From: Burkholderiales bacterium
Lineage (GTDB): Bacteria; Pseudomonadota; Gammaproteobacteria; Burkholderiales; Burkholderiaceae_C
NCBI GenBank assembly: GCA_038231215.1
Contig: JBBRLS010000018.1
Coordinates: forward strand, 3,832-67,831
Reading direction: 5' to 3'
DNA length: 64,000 nt
In this document: one piece after another, positions 32,038 through 42,979 of the stretch
How the letters are laid out: each line of letters opens with the position of its first letter
How positions within the stretch are numbered: position 1 is the first letter of the stretch
Program-made: the position numbers and the translations under genes
Notes under the pieces: generated by a model
What the model was told of the DNA's origin: nothing
The model's input: only the letters and a program-made list of their open reading frames with translations
Database searches by the model: none

Positions 32038-32777
32038 TGCGGAAAGCGCTCGCGGTGCTCCGCTCGGCACTGTTCTTCCTGTTCCTGTTCGTCACCATCG
32101 TGCCGTGGGCGACGGTCGCCGTCGTCTATTCGATCTTCGTGCGCGGCACGCGCGTCTACTGGCTGTGCGCGGGCTGGCTCAAGCTCTCGATCTGGGGCGC
32201 GCGCGTCATCTGCGGCGTTCGCGCCCGTGTGCGCGGATGGGAGAACCTGCCCGATACGCCCGTCGTCCTGCTCTCCAAGCACCAGTCGGCGTGGGAGACG
32301 CTGGCCTTCCCGGCCCTCATGCCGCACCCGCTCTGCTACGTCTTCAAGCGCGAGCTGCTCTGGATTCCGTTCTTCGGCTGGGCGATGGCGCGCATGGACC
32401 TGATCCACATCGATCGCAGCAAGCGCGCCGAGGCGTGGGCCAAGGTCGCCGAGCAGGGCCGCCGCTACATGGCGCAAGGCAACTGGGTGATCATGTTTCC
32501 CGAAGGTACGCGCACCGCCCGCGGCAGCCAGGGCAAGTACAAGAACGGCGGCACCCGCCTCGCCGTCGAGACCGGTCGGCCCGTGCTGCCGGTGGCCGTG
32601 AGCTCGGCACGCTGCTGGCCGCGCAAGAGTTTGGTGCTGCGGCCCGGTGTGGTCGACATCTCGATAGGCAAGCCCATCTCGTCCACCGGCCGCGACGCCG
32701 ATTCGCTGATGCGCGAGGTCGAGGCCTGGATCGAGACCGAGATGCGCGTCATCGATCCGGAGGCGTATCGGATATGA
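32037..32777 (+). CDS. plsC: 1-acyl-sn-glycerol-3-phosphate acyltransferase
   Basis: SKHQSAWET, FPEGTR and IDRS. Confidence 0.9.
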   Translation: MRKALAVLRSALFFLFLFVTIVPWATVAVVYSIFVRGTRVYWLCAGWLKLSIWGARVICGVRARVRGWENLPDTPVVLLSKHQSAWETLAFPALMPHPLCYVFKRELLWIPFFGWAMARMDLIHIDRSKRAEAWAKVAEQGRRYMAQGNWVIMFPEGTRTARGSQGKYKNGGTRLAVETGRPVLPVAVSSARCWPRKSLVLRPGVVDISIGKPISSTGRDADSLMREVEAWIETEMRVIDPEAYRI

Positions 32778-33661
32778 GCCCGTCGATCGTGCGCGGCCTG
32801 CGTCGCATCGTCGACGCGCTGCAGCGCAGCCTCTTCGACGAAGTCGATCGCTCGCCCGTCATCGAGTTGCCGCCGCCCGCCGACCTGTCGCGCCACCCGC
32901 GCGCCAATCGCGAGCTGGCGCTCGACGGCCGGCGCATCGCCTTCCTGCTCAGGCGTTCGCGCCGGCGCAGCATCGGCTTCGTCGTCGGCGCAGAAGGCCT
33001 TGCCGTCAGCGCGCCCAAGTGGGTGGCGCTGCGCGAGATCGACGCCGCAGTGCGCGAAAAGAGCGGCTGGATCCTCGCCAAGCTCGCCGAGCAGCGCGAG
33101 CGCACGTCGCGGCTCGACGCGGCGCGCATCGTCTGGGCCGATGGCGCCGAGATGAGCTATCTCGGCGACCGGATCCGCATCGCGCTCGACGCGCGGCATG
33201 GCCTGGCCGCCGGTGAGGTCGTGCTCGACGGCGATGCCGAGTCGTCGGTCGGCGCAGATGACGCTCCGTTGCGCCGCCTGCACGTCGGACTGCCGCACAG
33301 CGCCGCGCCCGAACGGCTGCGCGACGCAGTGCAAAGCTGGCTGCAGCGCGAGGCGCGCGCCGTGTTCGAGGCGCGCTGCAAGCACTTCGCCGAGCGGCTC
33401 GGGGTGCGCGTCACGCGCCTCACGCTGTCTTCGGCGACGACGCGCTGGGGCAGCGCCAGCGCCAGCGGCGCGATCCGGCTTCACTGGCGGCTGATCCATT
33501 TTCCGATGGCGACGATCGACTACGTCGTCGCCCACGAGTTGGCGCATCTGCGCGAGATGAACCACAGCCCGAAGTTCTGGGCGGTCGTGCGCTCGGTCGT
33601 GCCCGACTACGAGGCGGCGCGCGGCCAACTCGGCAGCGAACCGCTGGCGGCCTGGGACTGA
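32774..33661 (+). CDS. YgjP/DUF45 metallopeptidase-like protein
   Basis: RRSIG, TRWGSAS and DYVVAHELAHLREMNHSPKFW. Confidence 0.88.
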   Translation: MSPSIVRGLRRIVDALQRSLFDEVDRSPVIELPPPADLSRHPRANRELALDGRRIAFLLRRSRRRSIGFVVGAEGLAVSAPKWVALREIDAAVREKSGWILAKLAEQRERTSRLDAARIVWADGAEMSYLGDRIRIALDARHGLAAGEVVLDGDAESSVGADDAPLRRLHVGLPHSAAPERLRDAVQSWLQREARAVFEARCKHFAERLGVRVTRLTLSSATTRWGSASASGAIRLHWRLIHFPMATIDYVVAHELAHLREMNHSPKFWAVVRSVVPDYEAARGQLGSEPLAAWD

Positions 33662-33689
33662 GCCCCAGCCCGCGGCGACCGGCGGCGCG

Positions 33690-34790
33690 CTACGGCGCGC
33701 TCAGCTCGAAGCGATAGACGCCGTCGTCGCCGATCCGCCGCGCCAGCCTGCCCTGATACCAGAGCGCGTGCACATGGGCGATCGATTCGCCCATCGCGAA
33801 GGTCATCTGATGCAGGTCGAGCGGCCGCCTGAAGATCACCGGCACCAGCTCGAAGGCGCTTTGCGGCCCTACGGCGGCGAGCGCCTCCAGCACGTCGACG
33901 AAGCGTGCCGCGTGGTGCGCCTGCAACTGATCGATGCGCGTGTGCAGGCCCTTGAAGGGCCGGCCGTGCGAGGGCAGCACGAGCACGTCGGCAGGGATCC
34001 GGCGCATGCGCTCGATCGAGTCGAGGTACTGGGTCAGCGAATCGGCCTCGGGCTCGATGTCGATGACGCTGACGTTGGTGGAAATGCGCGGCAGCACCAT
34101 GTCGCCGCTGATCAGCACGCCTTGCGCGGCGTTGTGCAGCGCCATGTGCTCCGGCGCGTGGCCGTAGCCGACGTGGCAGACCCAGTCGCTGAGCGCCGCG
34201 CCGCTGCCCACTGCGACCGCGCCGCCGTCGAGCAGGCGCCGGTAGGCCAGCGGCAGCGCTGGGACGAGGTTCTTGTAGTAGTTGCTGCGCGCGCCGACCT
34301 TGCCCACGGCCTCCGGATCGGCCGCCATGCCATGCTGCGCCATGAAGGCCGCCGAGAGCGGCCCGCCGAAGCCGGCGCTGGCGCTGCTCGCCAGCCGCGC
34401 GACGTTGAAGTCGGTGGCGCTGATCCAGAGGCGAACGTTCCAGCGCTCGCACAGCCAGTGCGCGCAGCCGATGTGGTCGGGATGCATGTGCGTGACGATG
34501 ACGCGCAGGACAGGCAGGCCGCCGAGCTTGGTCGCAAAGATGCTCTCCCAGGCCGCGCGTGTCGCCGCGTCGTCGATGCCGCTGTCGACGATGGTCCAGC
34601 CCTGGGTGACGACGCCCTCGTCGTCGCGTTCGTCGCGCAGCAGCCAGAGGTTGATGTGGTCGAGCGCGAAGGGCAGCCCCATGCGCACCCAGAGCACGCC
34701 GGGCGCCACCTCGATGGCCGATCCGCGCTCGGGCAGCGTCTCCCCGAAGGGGTAGTCGAGCTGGCGCTCAAGGGCGTTCATCGGCGTCAT
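33690..34790 (-). CDS. MBL-fold metallo-hydrolase
   Basis: LPFALDHINLWLL, THMHPDHIG, GHAPEH and LPSHG. Confidence 0.9.
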   Translation of the reverse strand: MTPMNALERQLDYPFGETLPERGSAIEVAPGVLWVRMGLPFALDHINLWLLRDERDDEGVVTQGWTIVDSGIDDAATRAAWESIFATKLGGLPVLRVIVTHMHPDHIGCAHWLCERWNVRLWISATDFNVARLASSASAGFGGPLSAAFMAQHGMAADPEAVGKVGARSNYYKNLVPALPLAYRRLLDGGAVAVGSGAALSDWVCHVGYGHAPEHMALHNAAQGVLISGDMVLPRISTNVSVIDIEPEADSLTQYLDSIERMRRIPADVLVLPSHGRPFKGLHTRIDQLQAHHAARFVDVLEALAAVGPQSAFELVPVIFRRPLDLHQMTFAMGESIAHVHALWYQGRLARRIGDDGVYRFELSAP

Positions 34791-34808
34791 TCGTTCTACA
34801 CTTTCCAC

Positions 34809-34824
34809 TTTACGTAAACGTCAA
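34809..34824. promoter_or_regulatory. LiuR operator in the divergent liuR/MBL promoter
   Basis: Imperfect palindrome TTTACGTAAACGTCAA directly upstream of the MerR-family gene. Confidence 0.75.
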
Positions 34825-34841
34825 TCGGGAGTGTATTCGCG

Positions 34842-35276
34842 ATGCCTGCCGGAGCTGCCCTGTCGCGCTCGCGACATCCCGATCGCGCCGCTGCGGCGAC
34901 GGTCTTCACGATCGGCGAGCTGGCGCGCGAGTTCGGCGTCACCACCCGCGCGATCCGCTTCTACGAGGACTGCGGACTGCTCGACCCGCAGCGTGCCGGC
35001 CGCAACCGCGTCTACAGCGCACGAGACCGCACGCGGCTCAAGCTCACGCTGCGCGGCAAGCGCCTGGGCTTGAAGCTCGCGGCAGTGAAAGAGCTGGTCG
35101 ACATGTACGAATCGAAGCGCGACACCGGCCCGCAGCTGCGCCGCTTTCTCGGCGTGCTGGCGCGCCATCGCAGCCAGCTCGAGCAGCGCCTCGGCGATCT
35201 GCAGACCACGCTTGCCGAGGTGCTGGCGCAGGAGGCCGAGGCACGGCGCCTGCTCAAGGCGCGAACCGCATCGTGA
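34842..35276 (+). CDS. liuR: MerR-family regulator LiuR
   Basis: FTIGELAREFGVTTRAIRFYED...RDRTRLKLTLRGKRLG; heads an acyl-CoA catabolic cluster. Confidence 0.85.
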   Translation: MPAGAALSRSRHPDRAAAATVFTIGELAREFGVTTRAIRFYEDCGLLDPQRAGRNRVYSARDRTRLKLTLRGKRLGLKLAAVKELVDMYESKRDTGPQLRRFLGVLARHRSQLEQRLGDLQTTLAEVLAQEAEARRLLKARTAS

Positions 35277-35283
35277 GCCGGTC

Positions 35284-35949
35284 ATGACGACCCATCTCGA
35301 CGAGCTTTTCGACCGCAACCGTCGCTGGGCCGAGGCGACCGAGCAGCGCTCGCCCGGCTTCTTCACGCAGCTCCTCGCGCAGCAGGCGCCGCAATACCTC
35401 TGGATCGGCTGCGCCGACAGCCGCGTGCCGGCGAACGAACTGGTCGACCTGCTGCCGGGCGAGCTGTTCGTGCATCGCAACGTCGCCAACGTCGTCGCGC
35501 ACGGCGACCTCAACTGCCTGAGCGTCATCCAGTTCGCCGCCGACGTGCTGCAGGTGCGGCACATCATCGTCGTCGGTCATTCGCACTGCGGCGGCGTCAT
35601 CGCCGCGCTCGAGGGCCGGCGCCTGGGCCTGGCCGACAACTGGCTGCGCTACGTGCAGGACGTGCGCGATCGGCACGCCGAGTGGCTGGAGACGGTCGAC
35701 GCGGCCGCGCGGGTCGACGCGCTCGGCGAGCTCAACGTCGTCGAGCAGGCGCGCCACGTCTGCGAGACGACGGTCGTGCGCGACGCCTGGGCGCGCGGCC
35801 AGGAGCTGGTCGTGCACGGCTGGTTCTACGGCCTGCAGAACGGCCTGCTCGAGGACCTGCGTTTCACGGTCGCCAGCCTCGAAGAGGTCGACGCCGAATA
35901 TGCGCAAGCCGTTGCCGCGGTGCGCGAACGCTACGCCGCGAAGACGTGA
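35284..35949 (+). CDS. can: Beta-class carbonic anhydrase
   Basis: [18 protein letters not shown] and GHSHCGG. Confidence 0.95.
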   Translation: MTTHLDELFDRNRRWAEATEQRSPGFFTQLLAQQAPQYLWIGCADSRVPANELVDLLPGELFVHRNVANVVAHGDLNCLSVIQFAADVLQVRHIIVVGHSHCGGVIAALEGRRLGLADNWLRYVQDVRDRHAEWLETVDAAARVDALGELNVVEQARHVCETTVVRDAWARGQELVVHGWFYGLQNGLLEDLRFTVASLEEVDAEYAQAVAAVRERYAAKT

Positions 35950-37802
35950 ACGCGCCGCCGGCCTATCCCGCCGCGCTGACCGATGCGCGTGCCTTCGCCA
36001 TCGCCAAGGCGATGCTCGAGGGCTTCGATCGCCACTATCGCCTCTTTCGCCAGGCCAGCACCGAGGCGCAGGCGCGCTTCGAAGCGGCCGACTGGCGCGG
36101 CCAGCAGCGCGCCCAGGTGCTGCGCATCGAGTACTACGACACGCGCGTCGAAGAGGCGGCCGAGCGACTGCAAAGCGAGTTCGAGGCGGCGGCCTTGCCG
36201 ATGGACGTCTGGCAGCAGGTCAAGCTGCACTACATCGGCCTGCTCATCGACCACTACCAGCCCGAGCTCGCCGAGACCTTCTTCAACTCGGTGACGACGA
36301 AGATCCTGCACCGCAGCTACTTCCACAACGACTTCATCTTCGTCCGACCCGCCGTCTCGACCGAATACATCGAGAACAACGAGCCGGCCGCGCTGCCGAC
36401 CTACCGCGCCTACTATCCGACGCGCGATACGCTGGCCGCGACCTGGCTACGCATCGTCAACAACTTCCAGCTCCAACGCGAGTTCGAGGACCTGGAGCGC
36501 GACGTCGGCTCGGCGATGGCGGCCGTCGACGAGCAGCTCGGCGACGCGCCCTTGCGCACCAACTTCCAGATCCAGGTGCTGTCGTCGCTCTTCTTCCGCA
36601 ACAAGGGCGCCTACCTCGTCGGCAAGATCATCAACGGCTTCCATGAGACGCCGTTCGCGCTGCCGATCCTGCACGGTAAGGTGGGCGGCCTCGTGATCGA
36701 CACCGCGCTGTTCGGCGAGGACGAGTTGCTACTCGTCTTCAGCTTCGCCCGCGCCTATTTCATGGTGGCGATGGAGGTGCCTTCGGCTTACGTGCAGTTC
36801 CTGCGCTCCCTGATGCCGCGCAAGCCCCGCTCCGAGATCTACAGCGCGATCGGCCTGCAGAAGCAGGGCAAGAACATCTTCTACCGCGACTTCCTGATGC
36901 ACACGCGGCACTCGTCCGACATGTTCCGCATCGCCCCCGGCATCAAGGGCATGGTCATGCTGGTGTTCGACCTGCCGAGCTTTCCCTTCGTGTTCAAGGT
37001 CATCAAGGACTTCTACCCGGCGCAAAAGGAAACGACGCGCGAGAAGATCAAGGGCAAGTATCTGCTCGTCAAGCAGCACGACCGGGTCGGCCGCATGGCC
37101 GACACGCTCGAGTACAGCAACGTCGCGTTCCCGCGCGATCGCTTCGACGACGAGCTGATTGCCGAGCTGTTCCACTTCTGTCCCAGCCTGATCGAGGAAG
37201 ACGGCGACACGCTGGTGATCCGCCATGTCTACATCGAGCGGCGCATGATCCCGCTCAACATCTACCTGCAGGAAGCGTCGCGCGCGCAGTGCGACCGGGC
37301 GGTGGTCGAGTACGGCAACGCCATCAAGGATCTGGTGCGCGCCAACATCTTTCCGGGCGACATGCTGTGGAAGAATTTCGGCGTGACGCGTCACGGCAAG
37401 GTCGTCTTCTACGACTACGACGAGATCGAGTACCTGACCGACTGCAACTTCCGCAAGGTGCCCGAGGCGCGCAACGAGGAAGAAGAGATGTCGGGCGAGG
37501 TCTGGTACGCGGTCGGCCCGAAGGACGTGTTTCCCGAGACCTTCGCTCCGTTCCTGCTCGGCAATCCGGCAGTGCGCGAGGTCTTCATGGCGCACCATGC
37601 GGACTTGCTCGAGCCGGAGTTCTGGCAAGGCCACAAGCAGGAAATCCTGGCCGGCTACGTGCATGATGTATTCCCCTACGAGGCGCACAAGCGCTTCGAG
37701 GTTCGCCGCGCTGCTTTGGCGCGCGTCGGCAAGCCCGTTGTCATCCTGAGCGAAGCGAAGGATCTCGCCTCGGCCGAAGATCCTTCACTGCGTTCAGGAT
37801 GA
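35946..37802 (+). CDS. aceK: Isocitrate dehydrogenase kinase/phosphatase
   Basis: [33 protein letters not shown] and DMLWKNFGV...VFYDYDEI; GTG start. Confidence 0.95.
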   Translation: MNAPPAYPAALTDARAFAIAKAMLEGFDRHYRLFRQASTEAQARFEAADWRGQQRAQVLRIEYYDTRVEEAAERLQSEFEAAALPMDVWQQVKLHYIGLLIDHYQPELAETFFNSVTTKILHRSYFHNDFIFVRPAVSTEYIENNEPAALPTYRAYYPTRDTLAATWLRIVNNFQLQREFEDLERDVGSAMAAVDEQLGDAPLRTNFQIQVLSSLFFRNKGAYLVGKIINGFHETPFALPILHGKVGGLVIDTALFGEDELLLVFSFARAYFMVAMEVPSAYVQFLRSLMPRKPRSEIYSAIGLQKQGKNIFYRDFLMHTRHSSDMFRIAPGIKGMVMLVFDLPSFPFVFKVIKDFYPAQKETTREKIKGKYLLVKQHDRVGRMADTLEYSNVAFPRDRFDDELIAELFHFCPSLIEEDGDTLVIRHVYIERRMIPLNIYLQEASRAQCDRAVVEYGNAIKDLVRANIFPGDMLWKNFGVTRHGKVVFYDYDEIEYLTDCNFRKVPEARNEEEEMSGEVWYAVGPKDVFPETFAPFLLGNPAVREVFMAHHADLLEPEFWQGHKQEILAGYVHDVFPYEAHKRFEVRRAALARVGKPVVILSEAKDLASAEDPSLRSG

Positions 37803-37860
37803 CAAGCACTGTCAGCTCAGGATGACGAGCACTGTCAGCTCAGGATCGCAAGCACTGTCA
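37739..37860. repeat. REP-like palindrome (TGTCATCCTGAGCGAAGCGAAGGATCT...AGATCCTTC...CAGGATGACA) with three 23-bp tandem units
   Basis: Long inverted repeat at 37739-37804. Tandem units G(T/C)TCAGGAT...GCACTGTCA at 37792, 37815 and 37838. Confidence 0.85.
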
Positions 37861-37885
37861 TCGTCATTGAAAGAGGAGTTCCTCC

Positions 37886-39064
37886 ATGGCTGATTCCATC
37901 GTCATCGTTTCCGCCGCCCGCACGCCGATCGGCGGCATGCTCGGCGACTTCAGCGCGCTCGCCGCGCATCAGCTGGGCTCGGTCGCCATCAAGGCAGCGG
38001 TGGAGCGCGCCGGCATCACCGGCGACGCCGTGAGCGAAGTGCTGATGGGCAACTGCCTGATGGCCGGCCAGGGCCAGGCGCCGGCACGCCAGGCGGCGCT
38101 CGGCGCCGGCCTGCCGCAGGCGGCGGGAGCAGTCACGCTCTCGAAGATGTGCGGCTCCGGCATGCGCGCCATGATGTTCGCGCACGACATGCTGAAGGCC
38201 GAGAGCGCCGAGATCGTCGTTGCCGGCGGCATGGAGAGCATGACCAATGCGCCGCACCTCACCTTCGTGCGCAAGGGCGTGCGCTACGGCACGGCGCAGC
38301 TCTACGACCACATGGCGCTCGACGGCCTCGAAGACGCCTACGAGCGCGGCCGCGCGATGGGCGTGTTCGCCGAGGAGTGCGTCGCCAAGTACAAGTTCAG
38401 CCGCGAGGCGATGGACCAGTTCGCCATCACTTCGACGCAGCGCTCGAAGAAGGCCAACGAGGATGGCAGCTTCGACTGGGAAATGGCACCAGTGACCGTG
38501 CCGGGCAAGGGCGGCGACACGGTGATCAAGTTCGACGAGCAGCCGTTCAAGGCCAAGCTCGACAAGATCCCGGGCCTGAAGCCGGCGTTCAAGAAAGACG
38601 GCACGATCACCGCCGCCACCTCGTCGAGCATCTCCGACGGCGCTGCCGCTCTGGTGCTGATGCGCGAATCGACCGCCACGCGCCTCGGCGTCAAGCCGAT
38701 CGCCCGCATCGTTGCCCACGCGGTGCATGCGCAGGCGCCGAACTGGTTCACGACGGCACCGGTCGGCGCGATCCAGAAGGTGCTGAAGTCGTCGGGCTGG
38801 ATGTCGGAAGACGTCGAGCTCTGGGAAGTGAACGAGGCCTTCGCCGCGGTCACGATGGCGGCCATGACGGAGTTCGATCTGCCCGCGCAAATCGTCAATG
38901 TGCACGGCGGCGCGGTGGCGCTCGGCCACCCGATCGGCGCGAGCGGCGCGCGCATCGTCGTCACGCTGCTCGGCGCCTTGCGCCAGGCCGGCAAGAAAAA
39001 GGGCGTCGCGGCGCTTTGCATCGGCGGTGGCGAAGCGACGGCGATGGCGGTCGAGCTGTTCTAG
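37886..39064 (+). CDS. Acetyl-CoA C-acetyltransferase (thiolase)
   Basis: KMCGSG, SISDGAAA, NEAFA, GHPIGASG and CIGGG. Confidence 0.95.
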   Translation: MADSIVIVSAARTPIGGMLGDFSALAAHQLGSVAIKAAVERAGITGDAVSEVLMGNCLMAGQGQAPARQAALGAGLPQAAGAVTLSKMCGSGMRAMMFAHDMLKAESAEIVVAGGMESMTNAPHLTFVRKGVRYGTAQLYDHMALDGLEDAYERGRAMGVFAEECVAKYKFSREAMDQFAITSTQRSKKANEDGSFDWEMAPVTVPGKGGDTVIKFDEQPFKAKLDKIPGLKPAFKKDGTITAATSSSISDGAAALVLMRESTATRLGVKPIARIVAHAVHAQAPNWFTTAPVGAIQKVLKSSGWMSEDVELWEVNEAFAAVTMAAMTEFDLPAQIVNVHGGAVALGHPIGASGARIVVTLLGALRQAGKKKGVAALCIGGGEATAMAVELF

Positions 39065-39100
39065 GGCGCGAGCCCCTCCCATAGCGACAACAGACAACAA

Positions 39101-39742
39101 GTGCTGCTCGGCACTCACTCCCTCGGCCTCTTCGCGGCGGCCGTCTTCGTCATCAACGCGACGCCCGGCGTCGACATGATGCTGACGCTGACGCGCACGC
39201 TGCGCTACGGCGTGCGCGGCGGCATGGCGGCGGCATGCGGCGTCATGGCTGGTTGCGTCGTCCATGCGCTGGCGGCGGCGCTCGGGCTCGCGGCGCTGCT
39301 CGCCGCGTCGAGCGCGGCGTTCGCCCTCGTCAAGTGGCTCGGCGCCGGCTATCTTGTGTGGCTGGCCTGGGGCATGTTGCGCAGCGCCTTCGCCGGCGGC
39401 GACGCCGCCGCAGCGCTGCCCACAGCCGAGCGCCCCGGCGTCACCGCGCTGTTTCGGCAGGGCCTTCTGACCAACATCCTCAATCCGAAGATCGCACTCT
39501 TCTTTCTCGCCCTGCTGCCGCAATTCATCGCCGTCGACGCGCCCGACAAGACGCTCGCCTTCCTGTTTCTCGGTGCCTGGTTCGTCGTCCAGGGCGGCCT
39601 CTTCCTGTTCGGCTTCGTGCTGCTCGTCGCGCCGCTCGGACGTTGGCGCGCGAGCTCGTTCTGGAGGCGCGGCCTGAATGCGGCGGGCGCTGGCCTCTTC
39701 GTCTGGCTGGCGGCGCGCCTCGCGCTCGTCGAGCGCGCATGA
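39101..39742 (+). CDS. LysE/RhtB family translocator
   Basis: TPGVDM, GAGYLVWL and GLLTNILNPKIALFF. Confidence 0.9.
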   Translation: MLLGTHSLGLFAAAVFVINATPGVDMMLTLTRTLRYGVRGGMAAACGVMAGCVVHALAAALGLAALLAASSAAFALVKWLGAGYLVWLAWGMLRSAFAGGDAAAALPTAERPGVTALFRQGLLTNILNPKIALFFLALLPQFIAVDAPDKTLAFLFLGAWFVVQGGLFLFGFVLLVAPLGRWRASSFWRRGLNAAGAGLFVWLAARLALVERA

Positions 39743-40206
39743 CCGCGACGACGGTGAGCGAAGCGCCCGCCTTAGTCGGCGAGACCTTCACGCTGCGCGT
39801 TCGCATCGCCGACGACGAAATCCCGGCCTTCGCGAATTCGGTGCACGACCACAACCCGCTGCACCACGACCTGGCCACCGCACTGGCCGCCGGCTATCGT
39901 GGCCTGATCGCCTCGGGCACCCAGCTCGGCAGCATCTTCATGGCCATGACGGCAACCCATTTCGCGCAGCCGACCGCCAGCGGACTGAAGCGATCCGGCG
40001 TCGGCATGGGCTTCGACATCCGCTTTCGCGCACCGGTCTACGCCGACGAGGACATCGACCTGCGCTGGGCCGTGACCGGCATCCTGAAGAAGGACAAGCT
40101 CGACGGCTGGATCACCCGTCTCGAGGGCGAGGCGCGAACCGGCGATACGCTCCTGCTCAGCGGCACGGGCACCCTGCTGCTGCGCTTGCCGAAAGCCGCT
40201 GCATGA
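39739..40206 (+). CDS. MaoC family dehydratase (hot-dog fold)
   Basis: FANSVHDHNPLHHD...IASG and IRFRAPVY. Confidence 0.8.
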   Translation: MTATTVSEAPALVGETFTLRVRIADDEIPAFANSVHDHNPLHHDLATALAAGYRGLIASGTQLGSIFMAMTATHFAQPTASGLKRSGVGMGFDIRFRAPVYADEDIDLRWAVTGILKKDKLDGWITRLEGEARTGDTLLLSGTGTLLLRLPKAAA

Positions 40207-41333
40207 TCCTCGACGAAGACCACCGCGCCGTGCAGGACGCCGTGCGCGCCTACGTGCGGGACCGCATCTCGCCGCACGCCGCGCAATGGGACCGCGAGGG
40301 CCACTTTCCGAAGGCCGAGCTGCAGGGGCTCGCCGCGCTCGGCTGCTACGGCGTCGCCGTGCCCACCGACTACGACGGCGCCGGCCTCGACTACCTGGCG
40401 CTCGCCGTCATCCTCGAAGAGATCGCGGCGGGCGACGGCGCGACCTCGACCATCGTCAGCGTCAACAACTGCCCGGTCTGCTCGATCCTCATGGCCTGGG
40501 CCAACGAGGCGCAGAAGGAGCGCTGGCTGAAGCCGCTGGCGCGCGGCGAGATGCTGGGCGCGTTCTGTCTCACCGAGCCGCACGTCGGCTCGCAAGCCGA
40601 CGGGCTGAAGACGACGGCCGTGCGCGATGGTGCCGACTACGTGCTGAATGGCGTCAAGCAGTTCATCACCAGCGGCAAGAACGGCGACCTCGCGATCGTC
40701 ATGGCGGTGACCGACAAGGCGGCCGGCAAGCGGGGCATCAGCGCCTTCGTCGTGCCTACGACGACGCCGGGCTACAACGTGGCGCGTCTCGAAGAAAAGC
40801 TCGGCCAGCACGCCAGCGACACCGCGCAGATCGTCTTCGAGAACTGCCGCGTGCCGGCCGACCACCTGCTCGGCGAAGAAGGCCAGGGCCTGAAGATCGC
40901 GCTCTCGGGGCTCGAAGGCGGGCGCATCGGCATCGGCGCACAGGCGATCGGCATGGCGCGTGCCGCCTTCGACGCGGCGCTCGCCTACTCGAAGGACCGC
41001 GTCGCCTTCGGCAAGCCGATCTTCGAGCACCAGGCCGTGCAGTTCCGCCTCGCCGGCATGGCGACGCAGATCGAGGTGGCGCGCCAGATGGTGCATCACG
41101 CGGCGAGCCTGAAGGACGCCGGCCTGCCCTGTCTCAAGGAGGCGGCGATGGGCAAGCTCTTCGCCAGCGAGATGGCCGAGCGCGTCTGCAGCGAGGCGAT
41201 CCAGGTCTTCGGCGGCTACGGCTACGTGAGCGACTTTCCCGTCGAGCGCATCTACCGGGACGTGCGCGTCTGCCAGATCTACGAAGGCACGTCGGACGTG
41301 CAGAAGATCCTCATCGCGCGCGCCCTGGGCTGA
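40203..41333 (+). CDS. Short/branched-chain acyl-CoA dehydrogenase
   Basis: [36 protein letters not shown] and IYEGTSDVQ. Confidence 0.93.
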   Translation: MILDEDHRAVQDAVRAYVRDRISPHAAQWDREGHFPKAELQGLAALGCYGVAVPTDYDGAGLDYLALAVILEEIAAGDGATSTIVSVNNCPVCSILMAWANEAQKERWLKPLARGEMLGAFCLTEPHVGSQADGLKTTAVRDGADYVLNGVKQFITSGKNGDLAIVMAVTDKAAGKRGISAFVVPTTTPGYNVARLEEKLGQHASDTAQIVFENCRVPADHLLGEEGQGLKIALSGLEGGRIGIGAQAIGMARAAFDAALAYSKDRVAFGKPIFEHQAVQFRLAGMATQIEVARQMVHHAASLKDAGLPCLKEAAMGKLFASEMAERVCSEAIQVFGGYGYVSDFPVERIYRDVRVCQIYEGTSDVQKILIARALG

Positions 41334-41341
41334 CCAGCTGC

Positions 41342-41412
41342 TGTCATCCCGAGCGAAGCGAAGGATCTCGCTTGCCGCCAGGTCCGAGATTCTTCGCTGC
41401 GCTCAGAATGAC
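41342..41412. repeat. REP-like palindrome, second full copy
   Basis: TGTCATCCCGAGCGAAGCGAAGGATCT...AGATTCTTCGCTGCGCTCAGAATGACA between convergent genes. Confidence 0.85.
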
Positions 41413-41421
41413 ATGAGATGT

Positions 41422-42885
41422 TCAGCGGCCCGACCGCGCCGCCAGCTTCATGCGCAGGCCGACCGGAAACATCGCAAACGCCAGCCGCTCGGCCGGCGCC
41501 TTGCCCGACTCGGTGCCGACGTCCACGAGCGTGTAGTTGCGCGCGATCAGCGAGAGCACCATCTTCATCTCCAGCAGCGCCAGGTAGCGGCCGGGGCAGA
41601 GCCGCGGGCCGCCGCCGAAGGGCATGGAGGCGCGATTCAGTGCGCGTGTGCTTTCGGCGCCGCCGTCGAGCCAGCGCGCGGGCCGGAACTCGGCGGCATC
41701 GCTGCCCAAGGTCGCCGTGTCGATCGCGGGCTTGCGCATGACGCAGAAGACGATCGTGCCTTTGCGTATCGGCATGCCGGCGAGCGTCGAGTCGCGATTC
41801 GACTCGACGAAGATGAGCGGCGCGACCGGACGCAGGCGCATCGCCTCGTGAATGCATGCATCGACGTAGTCGAGCCCGCGCGCTCGGTCGAAGTCGTGCA
41901 GCACGCGTTCGTCGCCCAGCGTCGCGTCGACCTCGTCGACCAGCCTTTGCCACGCGTCGCGATCGCGGTGCAGCAGATAGAGCGCCCAGCCGAGCGTGTT
42001 GGCGGTGGTGTCTTCGCCGCCCAGCAGCACGGTCAGCACGTTGCCGGCGATCTGCGCCTCGCTGAGGGCGCTGCCGTCGGCGTCGCGTGCGGCAAGCAAG
42101 GCCTCGAGAAGATTGGGCGGCTTGGCGGCGCGCTCGGGCTCGGCCGCCATGCGCGTGCGCGCCTCCTCGACGAAGCCGCGCACCGCCTTGTGCACCTCGG
42201 CGAGGTGACGATCGAAGTCGCGGTCGATCGGCAGGCGGACGTGGCGCCAGTAAGGGAATGGCATGTTGATGCGCCGATAGATCATCGGGAAGACCTTGTC
42301 GAGGTGCGCTTGCAGCACGTCGTGGCCGGCCTCGATGGTGTTGACGTCGGAACCGAAGGCGAGGCCCGCCGTCACGTCGACGGTGTAGCGCATGAGCTGC
42401 GCCTGCAGGTCGATCGCCTCGCCGCTTTGCGCCGCGGCGCCGAGGCGGCGGTCGAAGCGCTCGGTGACGCGGACCAGCGACGGAAAGAAGCGCGCCAGGT
42501 GACCCGGGTCGAAGGCCGACATGACGAGCCGGCGCTGCCGCCGCCAGTCGTCGCCTTCGGCGGTGAAGACGCCGTCGCCGCCCATTTCCTTGATGACCGA
42601 GCCGACGACGCCGATGCGCTTCCAGCCGTCGGGACGATCGCGCAGCAGGCCGGCGATGAGCGGGCCGTCGGCGAGCACGACGATGGGCCGGCCGCCGAGC
42701 GTGAGGCGGTAGAGCGGGCCGTACTCGTCGGCCCATCGCTCCAGCCGCTCGTGCATGCGCGGCAGGTCGAGTTGCGGCAGGTTGCCGAGCACGGGCCAGG
42801 GGCGCGGGCCGCGCAGGTCCTTCAGCGATCGCGGCGCAGGCGCGCGCGCTGGCTCGGCGGCGGCCTCGGTCGACATGTGCTCCAT
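41422..42885 (-). CDS. Cytochrome P450
   Basis: GPRPWPVLGNL, I-helix GGEDTT, EAMR (ExxR) and heme motif FGGGPRLCPG. Confidence 0.93.
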   Translation of the reverse strand: MEHMSTEAAAEPARAPAPRSLKDLRGPRPWPVLGNLPQLDLPRMHERLERWADEYGPLYRLTLGGRPIVVLADGPLIAGLLRDRPDGWKRIGVVGSVIKEMGGDGVFTAEGDDWRRQRRLVMSAFDPGHLARFFPSLVRVTERFDRRLGAAAQSGEAIDLQAQLMRYTVDVTAGLAFGSDVNTIEAGHDVLQAHLDKVFPMIYRRINMPFPYWRHVRLPIDRDFDRHLAEVHKAVRGFVEEARTRMAAEPERAAKPPNLLEALLAARDADGSALSEAQIAGNVLTVLLGGEDTTANTLGWALYLLHRDRDAWQRLVDEVDATLGDERVLHDFDRARGLDYVDACIHEAMRLRPVAPLIFVESNRDSTLAGMPIRKGTIVFCVMRKPAIDTATLGSDAAEFRPARWLDGGAESTRALNRASMPFGGGPRLCPGRYLALLEMKMVLSLIARNYTLVDVGTESGKAPAERLAFAMFPVGLRMKLAARSGR

Positions 42886-42979
42886 CGAAAGTCGCTCCTG
42901 TGCAGATCGTGAGGGTTGTACCACCGTGCGTTCGGGCGGCGCCTCTTGTCGACGCACGGCCGGACAAGTACCCTTTGCC

